A program made the position numbers and the translations under genes. Of a stretch of 64,000 nt of DNA, positions 63,374 through 64,000 are shown one piece after another. The stretch comes from Phoronis australis. Lineage: Eukaryota > Animalia > Phoronida. The notes below the pieces were generated by a model that saw nothing but the letters and a program-made list of their open reading frames with translations, was not told where the DNA came from and did no database searches. Where the stretch lies: contig NMRA01000598.1 of the NCBI GenBank assembly GCA_002633005.1, positions 68,198-132,197 on the forward strand, given 5' to 3'. Position 1 is the first letter of the stretch; each line of letters starts with the position of its first letter.

Positions 63374-64000
63374 GTAAGGTGTCGTGGATGAGAGAAAGCC
63401 AAATGTTAATGGAGATTCAAGTGGCTGTCAATCCATCGTCCTTCATAAGAACCACTTACCATTATGACACTGATCTCATATTGTTCCTTTGTAAAATGAG
63501 AAGTATTTCAGGACTTTAAGGGAACTGCCAGTTTAGTAGTGCCTGAGATCAGTCTGTGTAAATCAGCTTGTCATGGTGTGCCATTTTAAGTGCTGGGCGT
63601 GGTTTCAATGAATAGCAAATAGTCTGTACGTTGTAAATCCAGAAATCGCTTCTCATCTGGGTAAGGATTATGTTGAGACCAATTTTATATCAGTAAATGG
63701 TCTAAATGAGAAGTCCACTTCTTGGATGGAGCCTTTTAGGAGCCACTTCAACAGCAGATTTGACTGGCGTTCTGGTAGAGAAGCATTCAGCCAGCATCAG
63801 AACATATTGCATGACAAATCAGTCGTATTTTATAGTCTAGACTAGTGGCCTAAAATACAAACGGTACTATATTGAATTGTACAGTGTTACACCATGCTCT
63901 CGGTATTGTAGCCTGGTCAGAAACCTGTTGTTACGCTCTCCACAACTATTTCTGATAAATAACTTAATCATGCTTTAGCAGTCATTGAGAATATATTATC

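Overview
AT-rich, intron-rich metazoan (probably marine invertebrate) genomic DNA with two assembly gaps; it is not prokaryotic. Three conserved genes were assembled by hand from phase-consistent exons. OTUD3 (+, 8 coding exons, 9735-28003, about 416 aa) is followed by a convergent RAB3IP/Rabin8-family Sec2 GEF (-, 11 coding exons, 46097-35491, about 389 aa, with one GC-AG intron) and the first four coding exons of a carnitine palmitoyltransferase 1 (+, from 60903, running off the window). The rest is non-autonomous DNA transposons, a tRNA-derived SINE, a truncated non-LTR element with a 44-bp target-site duplication, and minisatellites. Both N-gaps are flanked by duplicated sequence that looks like two haplotypes differing by a transposon insertion. 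I see no convincing exotic system. The best leads are an unexplained spliced minus-strand unit at about 53.6-55.9 kb, a heptad duplication in the Sec2 coiled coil, and two beta-TrCP-like degrons in OTUD3. Almost all ORFs in the supplied track are spurious. Family assignments and comparisons to human proteins are from memory, not from searches.
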